NCBI RefSeq assembly: GCF_009914755.1
Contig: NC_060928.1
Source: the human T2T-CHM13v2.0 reference genome, Homo sapiens
Reading direction: 5' to 3' (one strand)
DNA length: 64,000 bases
A program made the translations under genes and the position numbers. This document shows, piece after piece, positions 14,560-28,348 of the stretch (its first letter is position 1; each line of letters begins with the position of its first letter). The notes under the pieces were generated by a model, which saw only the letters and a list, made by a program, of their open reading frames with translations, was not told the origin of the DNA and made no database searches.

Positions 14560-14730
14560 CAGCTCTTATTAGCTACATGACCTTGGGCAGGAAGCTTAAC
14601 CTCTCTGTGTCCTAGTTTCGTCATCTGAAAAACAAGAATCACAATTCTGTGGACTTGTTGGAAGTCTACATGGATGAATAATGCCAAAATTCCCAGTGCT
14701 CAGTGGCTGCCCAATAAGTGGCATCCACTC
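14560..14730 (+). mobile_element. MIR
   Basis: tagctacatgaccttgggcaggaagcttaacctctctgtgtcctagtttcgtcatctg. Confidence 0.8.
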
Positions 14731-14879
14731 TTTTGCTGCTGTCCTCATAAACAGAAAATAAAACAAAATCCTATGTCGTTAATTTGTTTTCATGTTGAGC
14801 AAGCACTAAATACCTTAAAAAGAATTATAACTCTGAACTTGTGACAAGATTCTTTTTCTCCTGAAGTATTCTTTTTTTC

Positions 14880-15645
14880 AGATTTACTCTTTAGTTGAGA
14901 AATAAATGTTGTATACATTTATCATGCATGACATGATACCTTGAAATATGTATATTTCATATTTCATTTTGGAAAGGCCAAATTGAGCTAATAAACATAT
15001 ACATCACCTCACATACTTATTTGTGGTGAGAACACTTAAAATGTATCCTCTTAGCAATTTTCAAGAATATAACACATTTTTATTAATTAGAGTCACCATG
15101 TTGTACAATAGATCTCTTGAATTTACTCCTGAAATTTTCTTTCCTTTTACCAATATCTCCCCAGCCCCACTCCCTGCCCCAGCCTGGTAACTACCATCCT
15201 ACTCTCTATTGCTATGAATTCAACGTTTTTAGATTTTAATATAACTGAAACCATATGATATTTGTCTTCCTGTGCCTTGCTTATTTCACTTAACATAATG
15301 TCCTCTAGGTTCATCCACTTGTTGCAAATAAAATTTAAAATTTTGACAAAAATTTCCTTTTTTAAGGCTATTAGTCGTCTATCAGGTGAGTTTTGACAAA
15401 ATCTTGACAAAATTTTGTTTTTTAAGGCTGAATAATACTCCATTGTGTAAATATACCACATTATCTTAATTCATTCATCTATTGATTAACACTTAGGTTG
15501 CTTCCATATATTGGCTATTGTGAACAATGCTGCAGTGAACATGGGAGCGCAGATATCTCTTCCACATGCTGATTGTATTTCCTTTGGATATATAGCCAGT
15601 AGTAGGATTACTGGATCATACGGTAGTTCTATTTTAATTTTTTTT
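14880..15645 (-). mobile_element. L1MA (about MA5-7) 3' end, left piece of a split element
   Basis: L1MA 3'UTR (gtcaccatgttgtacaatagatctcttgaa) plus ORF2 C-terminus (MWYIYTMEYYSALK in ORF track); breaks at gtagttctattttaatt. Confidence 0.85.
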
Positions 15646-16065
15646 TACTTGTGCGAATGTATAGGGGTATGTTAGAAGTTTGTTACATGGACAAAATGTA
15701 TAGTGATCAAGTCAGGGTATTTAAGGTGTGCATCACCCAAGTACAGTATATATTTTTGTTAAGTATAGTCATCCTACCGTGCCATCAAATGCTACATTTA
15801 TTCCTTCTCTTACTATATGTTTGTACCCTTCAACTCACTTCTCCTCATCCTTACACCTCCCCATTTCCATATCTCCCAGTCTCTGTTATCTATCTTTCGA
15901 CTCTCTACATCCATGTGATCAGATTTTTTAGGTCCCACAAAAATATGAGAAATGCACTGTTTGTCTTTTTGTGCCTGGCTTATATCACTTAACATAATAA
16001 CCTCCAGTTCCATCCATGTTGCCTCAAATAACATGATTTTATTCTTTTATGGCTGAAAAGTATGC

Positions 16066-16070
<5 letters not shown>

Positions 16071-16117
<47 letters not shown>

Positions 16118-16427
16118 GTATATATATATACATATATATATACACACACGTATATATATATACATATATATATACACACGTATATATATACATATATATA
16201 CATATATATACACATATATATACATATATACATATATATACATATATATACATATATATACATATATATACACATATATACGTATATATGTATATATATA
16301 CGTATATATATACGTATATATATGTATATATATGTATATATATACGTATATATGTATATATGTATATATATGTGTATATATGTATATATATGTATATATA
16401 TGTGTATATATGTATATATATACACAC

Positions 16428-16493
<66 letters not shown>

Positions 16494-16510
16494 GTGTGTA
16501 TATATATATA
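16071..16510. repeat. Compound (TA)n/(CA)n/(TG)n microsatellite, 440 bp
   Basis: Read directly; alternating purine-pyrimidine tract grown from the L1 gtgtatatatacc motif. Confidence 0.99.
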
Positions 16511-19261
16511 CCACATTTTCTGTAGCCATTCATCCACTAATGGACATTTAGGTTGGTTTCATCTCTTTGCTATTGTGAATAGTGCTGCAAGAAAGATTCA
16601 GTGCAGGTATCTCTTTCATGTACTGATTTCTTTTTCTTTAGGTAAATACTCAGTAGTAGAATTACTGAATTGAACAGTAGTTCTATTTTTAGTTTTTGGG
16701 AAATCTGCATACTGTTTTTCATTGCAGCTGTACTAGTTTATATTCTCACAGTATATAAGAGTTACCTTTTCTTTGTATCTTTGCAAACATGTGTTAAATT
16801 TTGACTTTTTCATAATAGCCATTCTGATTGGCATAAGATAATATCTCATTGTGGATTTGATTTGCATTTCTTTGATGATTCATGATGTTCAGCATGTTTT
16901 CATAAACCTATTGGCCATTTGTGTGTCTTATTTTAAGAAATTTGTATTAATGACTTTTGCCTTTTTATTTGGAGTATTTGTTTTAAATCCTGTTGTTTGA
17001 GCTCCTTCCACATTCTGGGTATTAGTTGTCTATCACGTGAATAGTTTGGAAATATTTTCTCCCATACAACAGGTTGGCTCTTCACTCTGCTGATTGTTTT
17101 CCTTTGCTAGGCAGAGGAGTTTAACATAGTCCCATTTGTCTATTTTTGGTGGTGTTATCTGTGCTTTTGAGGACTTAAATTTTTTGCCTAGACCAATGTC
17201 CAGGAGTGTTTTCCCCAGGTTATCTTCTAGCATTTTTTTTAGTTTGGGGTCTTATATTTAAGGCTTTAATCCATTTTGAGTTGTACTTTTGTATATGGTG
17301 AGAGACAGGTGTACAGTTTCATCTTTTGGCATGTAAGTATTAAATTTTCCCAACACCATTTATTGAAGAGGGTGCTTTTCCCCAACATAAGTTCTCGTAG
17401 GCTTTGTCAAAGATCAATTGGCTGTAAATATGTGGGTTTATTTCTGGGTGTTCTATTCTGTTCCATTGGTCTATATGTCTATTTTTATACCAGTAGCATA
17501 TGTTTTTGGTTACTATAGTCTTGCAACATATTTTGAAGTCAGATAATGTGATACCTCCAACTTCATTCTTATTGCTTAGGATTGCTTTGGCTATGTGGGC
17601 TTTATTGTGGTTTCATAAGAATTTTAGGATTGTTTTTTCAATGTTGTGAAGAATAACATGTCTAGTTTGATTGGAATAGCATTGAATCTGTAGATTGCTT
17701 TTGGCAATATGGTTATTTTAACAATATTGATTCCTCAGATCCACAAACATAAGATGTTTTCCCGTTTGTTGATGTATATTTCAACTTCTTCTAATAGTGA
17801 TTTTTGTAGTTTTTCTTGTAGAAAGTTTTACCTCCTTGGTTAAATTTATACTAGGTATTTTATTTTTTGTAGCTGTCTTAAATGAAATTGTTTTCTTGAT
17901 ACCTTTCTTAACTAGATCACCACTTGTGCATAGAAATTCTACTGTTTTTTATATATTAATTTTGTATCTTGCAAGCTCACTAAACTCATTTATCAAATCT
18001 GAAAGTTTTTTGGTGGTCTTTAGATTTTTCTAGATATATGATCATATTATCAGCAAAGAGGGAGAATTTGACTTTCTCTTTTTCCATTTTGATACCTTTT
18101 GGTTCTTTTCCTTAACTGATTGCTCAGCCTAAAACTTCCAGTACCATGTTGAATAGGAGTGGTTAAAGTATGCATCCTTATCTTGTTCCAGTTCTAAGAG
18201 GAAAGGCTTTCGCCTTTTTCTCATTCAGTGTTATGTTAGTGGAAGATGTGTTGTACGTGGCCTTTTTCATTTGGAGTAAAGTTCCTTCCAGTTTGTTGAG
18301 AGGTTTTACATGAAAAGATGTTAAATTTTATCAAATGCTCTGCCTCTGTTGAGATGATCATACAGTATTTGTTTCATTCTGTTTTATCACATTTTTTGAT
18401 TTGCATATGTTGAACCATCCTTGCATCCCTGGTATAAATTCCACTTGACCATGGCATATTATCTTTTTTATATGCTGTTGGATTTTGTTTGCTAGCATTT
18501 TGATGAAGATTTTTGCATCTAGGTTCATTAGGAATATTGGTTGGTAGTGGGCTTTTTTTTTATTTTGGGTTTTTTTTTTTTCTGTGTATCTTCGTCTGGC
18601 TTTGGTTATCAGATAATGCTGGTCTCATGGAATGAGTTATAAAGAATTCCCTCATTTTCAATATTTTTGGAATAATTTCAGGATTGGTATTAGTTATTCT
18701 GTGTAAATTTGGTAGAATTTAGCTGTGACTCCATCTGGTCCTGGGCTTTTCTTTGTTGGGAGACTTTTTATTACTGATTCAATATTGCTACTCATTTTTC
18801 TATTTCTTTCTTATTCAGTCTTGGTAGATTCTATGTTTCCAGGAATGTATCTATTTCCTCTAGGTTTTCCAGTTTGTTAGCATATAATTGTTCATAATTA
18901 TCTGTTGATTTTTTTTTTAATTTCTATAGTATTGGTTGTAATGTCTCCTTTTTCTTCTCTGATTTAATTTTTGGGTCTCCTCTCTTCTTGGTTAGTATAG
19001 GTATTTATTAATCAATTTTGTTTACCTTTTTAAAGAACCAATTTTTTGTTTTGTTGATCCTTTGCATTTTTTAAGTCTATTTCATTTAGAACTCCTCTGA
19101 TTTTTATTATTTCTTCTGCTAATTTGGAGTTTGATTTGTTCTTGATTTTCTAGTAGCTTGAAGTACATTGTTAGGTTGTTAATTGCTAATCTTTTTGATG
19201 TAGGCCTTTATTGCTATGAATTTCCCTCTTAGCACTGTTTTTGCTGTATCCCATGGGTTTT

Positions 19262-20916
19262 AGTTTATTTTGTTTGTTGTTTTTTTTATTATTATTATTT
19301 TATTATACTTTAAGCTCTGGGCAAGCTCTAGGCCTTACTAGGTTGGGGATGTTCTCCTGGATAATATCCTGAAGAGTGTTTTCCAACTTGGTTCCATTCT
19401 CCCCATCACTTTCAGGTACACCAATCTAACATAGATTTGGTCTTTTCACATAGTCCCATATTTCTTGGAGGCTTTGTTCATTTCTTTTTACTCTTTTTTC
19501 TCTAAACTTCTCTTCTTGCTTCATTTCATTCATTTGATCTTCAATCACTGATACCCTTTCTTCCACTTGATCAAATCAGCTACTGGAGCTTGTGCACATG
19601 TCACATAGTTCTCATGCCATGGTTTTCAGTTCCATCAGGTCATTTAAGGTCTTTTCTACGCTGTTTATTCTAGTTAGCCATTCGTCCAATCTTTTTCCAA
19701 GGTTTTTAGCTTCCTTACGATGGGTTCAAACATCCTCCTTTAGCTCAGAGAAGTTTGTTATTACCGATCTTCTGAAGCCTACTTCTGTCAACCCATCAAA
19801 GTCATTCTCCATCCAACTTTGTTCCGTTGCTGGCAAGGAGCTGCAATCCTTTGGAGGAGAAGAGGTACTCTGGTTTTTAGAATTTTCAGCTTTTCTTCTC
19901 TGGTTTCTCCCCATCTTTGTGGTTTTATCTACCTTTGGTCTTTGATGTTGGTGACCTACAGATGGGGTTTTGGTGTGGATGTCCTTTTTGTTGATGTTGA
20001 TGCTATTCCTTTCTGTTAGTTTTCCTTCTAACAATCAGGACCCTCAGCTGCAGGTCTGTTGGAGTTTGCTGGACGTCCACTCCAGACCCTGTTTGCCTGG
20101 GTATCACCAGCGGAGGCTGCAGAACAGCAAATATTGCAGAACAGCAAATGTTGATGCCTGATCCTTCCTCTGGAAGCTTTGTCTCAGAGGGGCATCTGGC
20201 TGTATGAGGGGTCAGTTGGCCCCTACTGGGAGTTGTCTCCCAGTGAGGTTACTCAAGGGTCAGGGACTACTTGAGGAGGCAGTGTGTCCATTCTCAGATC
20301 TCAAACTCCATGCTGGGAGAACCAATGCTCTCTTCAAAGCTGTCAGACAGGGACGTTTAAGTCTGTAGAAGTTTTTACTGCCTTTTGTTCAGCTAGGCCC
20401 TGCCCTCAGAGGTGGAGTCTACAGGGGCATGCAGGCCTTGTTCCCAGCTGCTTTGTTTACCTAGTCAAGCCTCAGCAATGGTGGACGCCCCTCCCCTAGC
20501 CTCACTGTCACCTTGCAGTTGGATCTCAGACTGCTGTGCTAGCAGTGAGCAAGGCTCCATGGGTGTGGGACCCACCGAGCCAGGCACAGGATATAATCTC
20601 CTGGTGTACCGTTTGCTAAGAGTGTTGGAAAAGAACAGTATTAGGGTGGGAGTGTCCTGATTTTCCAGGTACTGTCTGTCACAGCTTCCCTTGGCTAGGA
20701 AAGGGAATTCCCTGAACCCTTGCACTTCCCGGGTGAGGTGATGCCCCACCCTGCTTCAGCTCACACTCTGTGGGCTGCACCCACTGTCCAACCAGTCCCA
20801 ATGAGATGAACCCAGTACCTCAGTTGGAAATGCAGAAATCACCTGTCTTCTACATCACTCACAGTGGGAGCTTTAGACTGGGGCTGTTCCTCTTCGGCCA
20901 TCTTGGAACAATCCCC
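19262..20916 (-). mobile_element. Internally deleted L1PA (about PA5-7): 5'UTR plus ORF1 N-terminal part fused to the extreme 3' end and A-tail
   Basis: TSD cccatgggtttt at 19250-19261 and 20917-20928; ORF1 start MGRNQRRKAENSKNQS; 3' end ttattatactttaag. Confidence 0.92.
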
Positions 20917-23797
20917 CCCATGGGTTTTGATATGTTGTGTTTCCACTTTCATTTGTTGCAAGGAACTTTTTTATTTCCATCTTAATTTCTTCATTGACCC
21001 AAGTTCACTTAGGAGCATGTTTGCTAATTTCCATGTATTTGTATAATTTCCAAAGTTCCTCTTGGTATTGATTTCTAGTTTTATTCCATTGTAATCTGAA
21101 AAAATACTTGATATAATTTAAATTTTTGTGTTTGTGGAGACTTGTTTTATAGTCTTATATGTGATCTATCCTGAAGAATGTTCCATGTGCTGATGTGAAG
21201 AAGGTATTTCTATAGTTGTTGAATAGAATATTTGTTATACATTAGACCCATTTGGTTTGAAGTTCAGTTTAAATCCAATGTTTCTTAATTTCCTGTTTCA
21301 ATGATCTGTCTAGTGTTGACAGATGGGTGTTGAAGTCTCCTACTACTGTATTACAATCTAACTCTCTTTAAATCTAGTAATATTTGCCTTATGAATCAGG
21401 TTGTTCCAGGGTGGGGTGCATATATATTTAGTATTATTATACCCTCTTGCTGAATTGATCCCTTTATTATATAATGATCTTCTTTATCTTTTATTGTTTT
21501 TGACTTAAAGTATGTTTTATCTGGTGTAAGTATAGCTACTCCTGCTCACTTCTATTTACATGAAATACCTTTTCCCGTCCATTTACTCGCCAAATATATA
21601 TGCCTTTACTGGTGAATTTTTTTGTAAACAACATAAAATTAGAATTTTTTGTCCATTCAGCCATTCTATATCTTAAGTGGATAATTTATGTTCAAGGTTA
21701 TAATTGGTATATGAGGCTTTGTTCATGTCATATTGTTAATGATTTTCTGGTTGTTTTATATATTCTTTGTTCCTTTTTCTCTTATTGTCATTTGATAGAA
21801 TTCTGCAGTGGTACCATTTGAGTGCTTTCTTTTCATCCTCTGAATAATTGCTTTACTAGTAAGTTTTATACTTTTGTGGGTTTTCATCTCTTTGGTAAAT
21901 TTCTCATTCATATCCTGATTTTTTTCCTGGTTGTTTTTTGTATTGTTTTTCAGAATTCTCTTGTATCTCACTGAGCTTCTTTAAAATCAATCATTTGTAT
22001 TCTTTGTCTTGATTTCCAAAACTACTTTTTGATTAAGATGTATTGCTAAAGAATTATTGTTCCTTTGGGGCATCGCATTTTCTTGCTTTTTCATGTTTTC
22101 TGTGTCTTTAACATTGATTTCTGCACATCTAGTGTAACTGTTACTTTTTCTTATTTTTCAATATCCTCTTTTAGGGAAGGGCTCAGATACTCAAGCTTTG
22201 ATTTTGGTGTACTCAGTAGTCTCTATATGATTTCTTTAGCTGGAAACAGCCTTGTTGATATATGTTGTTTCCTTGGTAGGTTAGGTATGGTTATTATTGG
22301 AGGCTGTGGTGAAGTTGTGCTGAGAACTAGGATGCTGGGTACTTCAGTCTTCAGCCCCAATTGGTGGCAGCAATAAGCTGAGCATGCCTATCTTTATGCC
22401 CCAGGGCAGCATAAGTTGGCACCTATGCTGGTAGTTACTGGCAAGCTGATTCTTGGACCCCTAATGGCATGCTCAGATACTGGAAATGGCAGCAGTGGAT
22501 GGGATGGGCAGGTGGGTTCTTATGCCTGGGAGGCTGGCATGGCATGGGCAACAACAGTTGCAGTGGTGAGACAATTCTCTAGATCCCAAGTTGTATGTGT
22601 TGACACTGATGGTGGTGGTGATGGGCTGGGTGGGCCAGTCTCCAAGCCCACAGTTATCACTTGCAGGAAAGTGCCAGCTGAGATGTTAGCAGCCAGGAGG
22701 TTAGGCCCAAACTCAGGCTCCCAGGAGGAGTGCTCAGGTGCCTGTCGTGGTGAATTGATTTGATTTGAAGATCTATGTGCTCTGTCTTTGAGGAGGAGCA
22801 AAGCTGGGCCAAGTGGTCTTGTGCTTAAGCCCGCCAGCTGTGAGAACAGCTACCAGCTGCAGTTGGTTAAGACACGGCAACCCTCAGGTCCGAGGCAGAG
22901 TGCTTGGGTGAAGGGCCATACATAGCAGCCGTGCTTAGGTCTTATCCTTGGAGAGTGTAAAGCCATCCTTAATGCCCACAGACTGGTCTGGCAAGTAGGG
23001 AACCCACATTCCTTTCACACCCCAGACCCAGCAGGGCTTGTCCCCCATGCCTTGGTGGCAGTAGTTGGCACACCTAGCTCATACCCCACTTTGGCTGCAG
23101 GAGCACCCACCCAGCTTGTGACTAAGTTCTAGCAGCAGCTTGCACCCCACTTGCATCTCCATCTCAGATCCCAGCATCACTTGCTTGCTGAAATTGGCCA
23201 CTGCAGCTCATGCCTCACTTGCTTCTTAGCCCTGGCTGACTGCAGGAGGGCTCTCAGCTTGCTCTCCTGTCCCAGCAGTAACAGCCCAAGTTTCCATAAT
23301 TCCTCAGTCCTGGTACCACTGAGCCCCAGGAGAGCATGCAGTTTGCTAGGTTTGGAAATGGAGTCTTAAATGTAGCAGCTTGGGTCTCAGAAAGGGTATG
23401 GGACCCAGTGCGAGCTCCCTCCCTGAAGCAGTTCTGTCCCATCATCTTCCAGAAGCTCCGTATGTTAGTCCCAGGATTTGGGTGGGTCAAGGGGTTCTCC
23501 CATGGCCAGAACTGCACGATTCCATGGTGGGGATGTAGGCCACTGAAAATCTCTCACTCACCCATTCCCCAGGTTGTGAAGTCACTTCTGGCTCCCAGCC
23601 AATGCCAGCCAGGCAGGCTGCCACTTTTCCTTCCTCTTTCCTGCTTTTCATGTTTTCTGTCCTTTCCCTGTTGCATGCCAGCATTCTCTCTTGGATAGTA
23701 TATTCAAATTATGACCGTCTATGCACTATTCTGGTTCTTCTAAGTAGAGGAGGCAGGCATGAAATCCTTCTAGTCAGCCATTTTAAACCTCCTCCCC

Positions 23798-24695
23798 TAT
23801 TTTTAAACTTTGAGGAACCTCCATACTGTTTTCCATAATGGCTATACTAATTTACTTTCCCACCAACAATGTACAAAGTTTCCTTTCTCTCCATATCTTC
23901 ACCAACAACTATCTTTTGTCTTTTTGGTAATAGCCACTCTAGCAGGTGTGAGGTGATATCTCATTGTGGTTTTAATTTGCATTTCCCTGATGATAAGTGA
24001 TACTGAACATTTTTCATATACCTTTTGGCCATCTGTATGTCTTCTCTTGAGAAGTGTCTGTTTAGGTCCTCTACTTATTAATTAGGTTATTTGTTTTTAG
24101 GCAATTTTTTAATGCTTTTTGTGTTGAGTTTCTTACATATTCTGGATATTAATCCCTTATAAAATGTATTACTTGCAAATATTTTCTCCTATTTCACTGA
24201 TTGTCTCTTCCCTCTGTTGTTTCCTTAGCTATGCAGAAGCTTTTTAGTTTGGTATAATCCCATTTGTCTATTATTGCTTTCCTTGCCTATGCTTTTGGGT
24301 CATATTAAAAAAATCATTACCCAGGCCAATGTCATAGAGTTTTCCCCTATGTTTTCTGCTAGTATTATTACATGTTCATATCTTACATCTAAATCTTTAA
24401 TCCATTTTGAGTTGACTTTTGTATATGGTGAGAAAAGGGACCATTTTTATTCTGCACGTAGATACACAGTTTTGTCAACACTATCTATTGAAGAGACTGA
24501 CCTTTTCCCACTGTGTTTTCTTGGCATCTTTGTCAAAAATCAAACGGCCATATATATGTGGATTTATTTCTGGGCTCTCTACTCTGTTCCATTGGTTTAT
24601 GTGTCTGTTTTTATGCCAGTATCATGCTGTTTTGATTACTATACTATTTTGAAGGCAAGTAGTACAATGCCTCCAGCTTTGTTCTTTTTGCTGCC
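23798..24695 (-). mobile_element. L1MA ORF2, right piece continuing 14880-15645
   Basis: Resumes tttgaggaacctccatactgttttccataatggc where the left piece stops. Confidence 0.85.
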
Positions 24696-26416
24696 AAAGT
24701 GTTTTTCATTAAAAATTTTCCTCGCAAGTGGAAAACATGATATAGGAAGAGAAAACACTTCTACGGCCAGAATGTTAGACAATGTTACTTATTCTTGAAA
24801 TTAATTCTTTTGAGCCATGTTCCTCAGAATGATGTGATCTTAACATGAACACAGGAATAGCCTCACGGTAAAGAAGTCTGCTATGAATGATTGTTTTAGA
24901 GCTCTTGAAACTTCCAGGTTCCTGGAGACAAGGGCTTATCATAAAATAGCTCATATCAAGGTTGAAAATATGAGAAATAATTAGTAGTAATATATTGTAA
25001 TCTCGCAGTCTGTTTCTAACCTGTCAGATGCACAAGTAGAATGATCATTCAGAGTATCCTTTAGTTGAATGTTAATCTTCCCCTAAAAAAGAAAATAGAG
25101 TGACTATCTTTTCCCATCATACACACATGAGTATTGTATATAATCAAAGTGCTTTTCCACTCTCTGGAAAACACAGTACCCATGTAAAGTGTATCAACAC
25201 TGGAAACAAAACAGTTGGACTTATAATATTGTGAGCTCTCTGAAACCAGAAGCATTCGGCAGGAGCTGGAGTTTCAAATGCTAAAACAGAAATATAAAAT
25301 CTTCCTGAGACAGAAGGATAAACTTCCAGATTTCTTCAAATCTCAGCTTGAAATTTTTAATTGCTATGTTTAGATTTTCTGAAAACCATTCTGTGAATTA
25401 TTATTGTTTGATAACTGAAGGTTGATGTCCTTGCTTAGGTACACAGCAGCCCACCTTTATTTTTTAACAAATCTCCTTTCTTTCTTCTAGTCCCAACTCC
25501 TCAAAACACTGACTACTACTTACTCAAACCAGGGGCTGATAAAACTAGTTAACTTTCCCCTCAATACCTAGCATGCTGTAAGCAACTGGATAAAACCTAA
25601 TTACCTACCTCATAAGTGAAACTTTTAAATCTATTTGTGCACTTCCAGTGTATCAGGCAGTTCATCCACGGAAGGTTAAAGAAATACTGAGAAACACTAA
25701 TAAAACTTAAGAAGAAAGCATTCTTTGCTTTCATTGAGCTGGGAGGAAACTAGAAGTCTTCTAGTCCCACCCCTCCATGCTAGTAATAAGGAAACTAAGT
25801 TGCACAACACCACCCAGCTTGTTAAAGGCAGAGCTGAAACAAGAACCTGACATCCAATCCGGAGTTCAGTTTTCACTAACATATGCACCTTGACTTCGCT
25901 TGAATTTCCTCCTTTTGATTGACAAAGAGTGAAAGTACTGGTGGCCTAATTTTATAAGAAACCACTGAAAATTCTTGAGAAAACTGGTTTACTGGTTCAC
26001 AATTGACAGATTTAATTCAAGGGGGAGAAGAAAAGATGCTTTAAAGCACAGCAATTACTGGACTAACACACAGCTGGGCACATTCATGGGGACACACGAG
26101 TGCAGGAGATCACTGAGGGAGAAAGTACAGGAAAAAAATAATAAACAGCCTCTGCTTAACCATGGGAAAAGCCCATATTTACAGAGTGGGAGGAGGGTGA
26201 ATAACATTAATTGCCACTCTGGGCTTCTTCCCCAAAGTACTCTAGGACTGGTTTTTCAAGAGTAAAGAAAGGGACTAGACAAGTTAAAACTGCCTGCGGC
26301 ACATTTTCTTGTTATACAGATATAAACACACACGTGATTTGTGCCTTGGCCTCACACCCTGCTCACTGCAGACTAGTTCCTGGTCCCTGGTCTCCATTCA
26401 AAGAACACAGACCACG

Positions 26417-26893
<477 letters not shown>

Positions 26894-27599
26894 TTAAAAA
26901 TATTTACCCATTTGCAAATTTTAAAAATCAAATATATATTTAAAAAGAGTTTAAACATTTTTTTCAGATTTTTTAAAAGTTTTATTCTGATTAATTCACA
27001 CTGGATAGAAAACGAATAAACTTCCAAGAGAAGAGGCCCCCTTAAATTCATTTTTTCCATCAAGATGAATAAGTGTGCTTCTGTCCAATTGCCCTGAATA
27101 ATATCTGATATTAATCTGAAATATTTTCTCAGCTGTGAATTTGGGTAGACATAATCCAATAAAATTATCATATGTACAGATAAAGTTATGATATTGGAAA
27201 ATCAATGAACCTAGTCATTCTCCTGCCTTCCCTAAACAACTTACCTTAGTTAAAATCATTCTTTTTCCCCCCTTAAACTCAGTACATGTAAAATATTCAA
27301 CACTTTTTTTTATGTTCTGCTGGACAATGATTACATTTACATAGGGAATAGTATGTAATAAGATGAGGAAACTAAGTCCAAGAAAATTTCAATAATATAA
27401 GATTATAGAACTTGTTCTATAGAATAAATTAAGTCAACTTATTAAATTATAAATTAAATGGAAGAGACAACCCACTGAGAAATTAACATGTAGGAACATG
27501 TTATAAATCCTAGAATATCAGAAATAAGTTTTCTCAAAAATCAAAAATTTTGTATCATGAATTTGGGAGTTTCTCCATCCTTATAAACATACCCTATGT

Positions 27600-28060
27600 C
27601 CCAATCCTCTCCCTCATTAGTATTTACAGAACAAGTTGTGTGCACCTTCCACATAACAGCCTCTCAAATATTTGAAAATGGTGACTGGATACTCTAGTTA
27701 ATTCACTCTTGCAGGCCAATGCCTCATTCATTTAACTATTCCTCACGCAGATCTCCTTACCCTCCTGGTTTCTCCCCACTGAATTCCTGAGATGTCTATG
27801 TCTTTTTCTAAACTCATGCTCTGCAGAGTAAAAATGATACTTTAAATGAAGTTCAACCAACACTAAGGAGAAAAGAACAATTGTCGCTTCATTTTTGATA
27901 TTTTATCTTTATAAATGCTGATTTTCTATTGTGTTTTTTCATATCCAAGTCCTATTCTTCACTGATTGCTGATGTTCTCTATTAACCTCAAGACCTTCTT
28001 ACAGGTACTATAGCTAAGCCAATGGCCCAGCCCTATGCTTATAAATTGATTTTGTTTGTT
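27600..28060 (-). mobile_element. L3/CR1 ORF2 remnant
   Basis: ttccacataacagcctctcaaatatttgaa...cattcatttaactattcctca resembles antisense CR1. Confidence 0.5.
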
Positions 28061-28245
28061 TTTACATGATGTTAGTACCGTTCAACTCATTGTCAGAGTG
28101 GCTTAGATATGGCAAAAGAAAAGCCCATAGAACCAAACCCTACGCAAAATTCACTGAAGAAAATGTAATACAGTTGTACAGGAAGTTCATATGATTATTT
28201 AAATATCGAAGGGATATTTACAAAATGACTCTTTTGTCTTCACAG

Positions 28246-28348
28246 AAAACTTCTAAAATCATCAGGAGATATCACTGAAAAGGTTTCAAAACAAAGCCAT
28301 AATCTCTAGAAATGTGTCCTTGATGGGTTGGTCTTCATTTGCCTGAAG
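28246..28348 (+). ncRNA. Candidate 103-bp non-coding spliced exon
   Basis: Acceptor aatgactcttttgtcttcacag and donor AAG|gtgagt; stop codons in all three frames. Confidence 0.4.

Larger units (their letters stand above)
15646..23797 (-). mobile_element. Near full-length L1MA4-like element nested in the older L1MA; ORFs decayed, ORF1 partly deleted
   Basis: 3'UTR at 15646, ORF2 remnants about 16000-21700, GC-richer 5'UTR about 22200-23797; degenerate TSD ctatttt(t)aa at about 15629 and 23797. Confidence 0.85.

Noticed and set aside
16039-16673. Long YI/IY-rich ORFs in several frames
   Set aside because: Translation artefacts of the TA microsatellite.
24274-24798. 174-aa plus-strand ORF
   Set aside because: Antisense reading of L1 ORF2.
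25180-25300. Minus-strand acceptor tatatttctgttttag followed by an open frame
   Set aside because: Weak donor, no recognisable homology and no linked exons.
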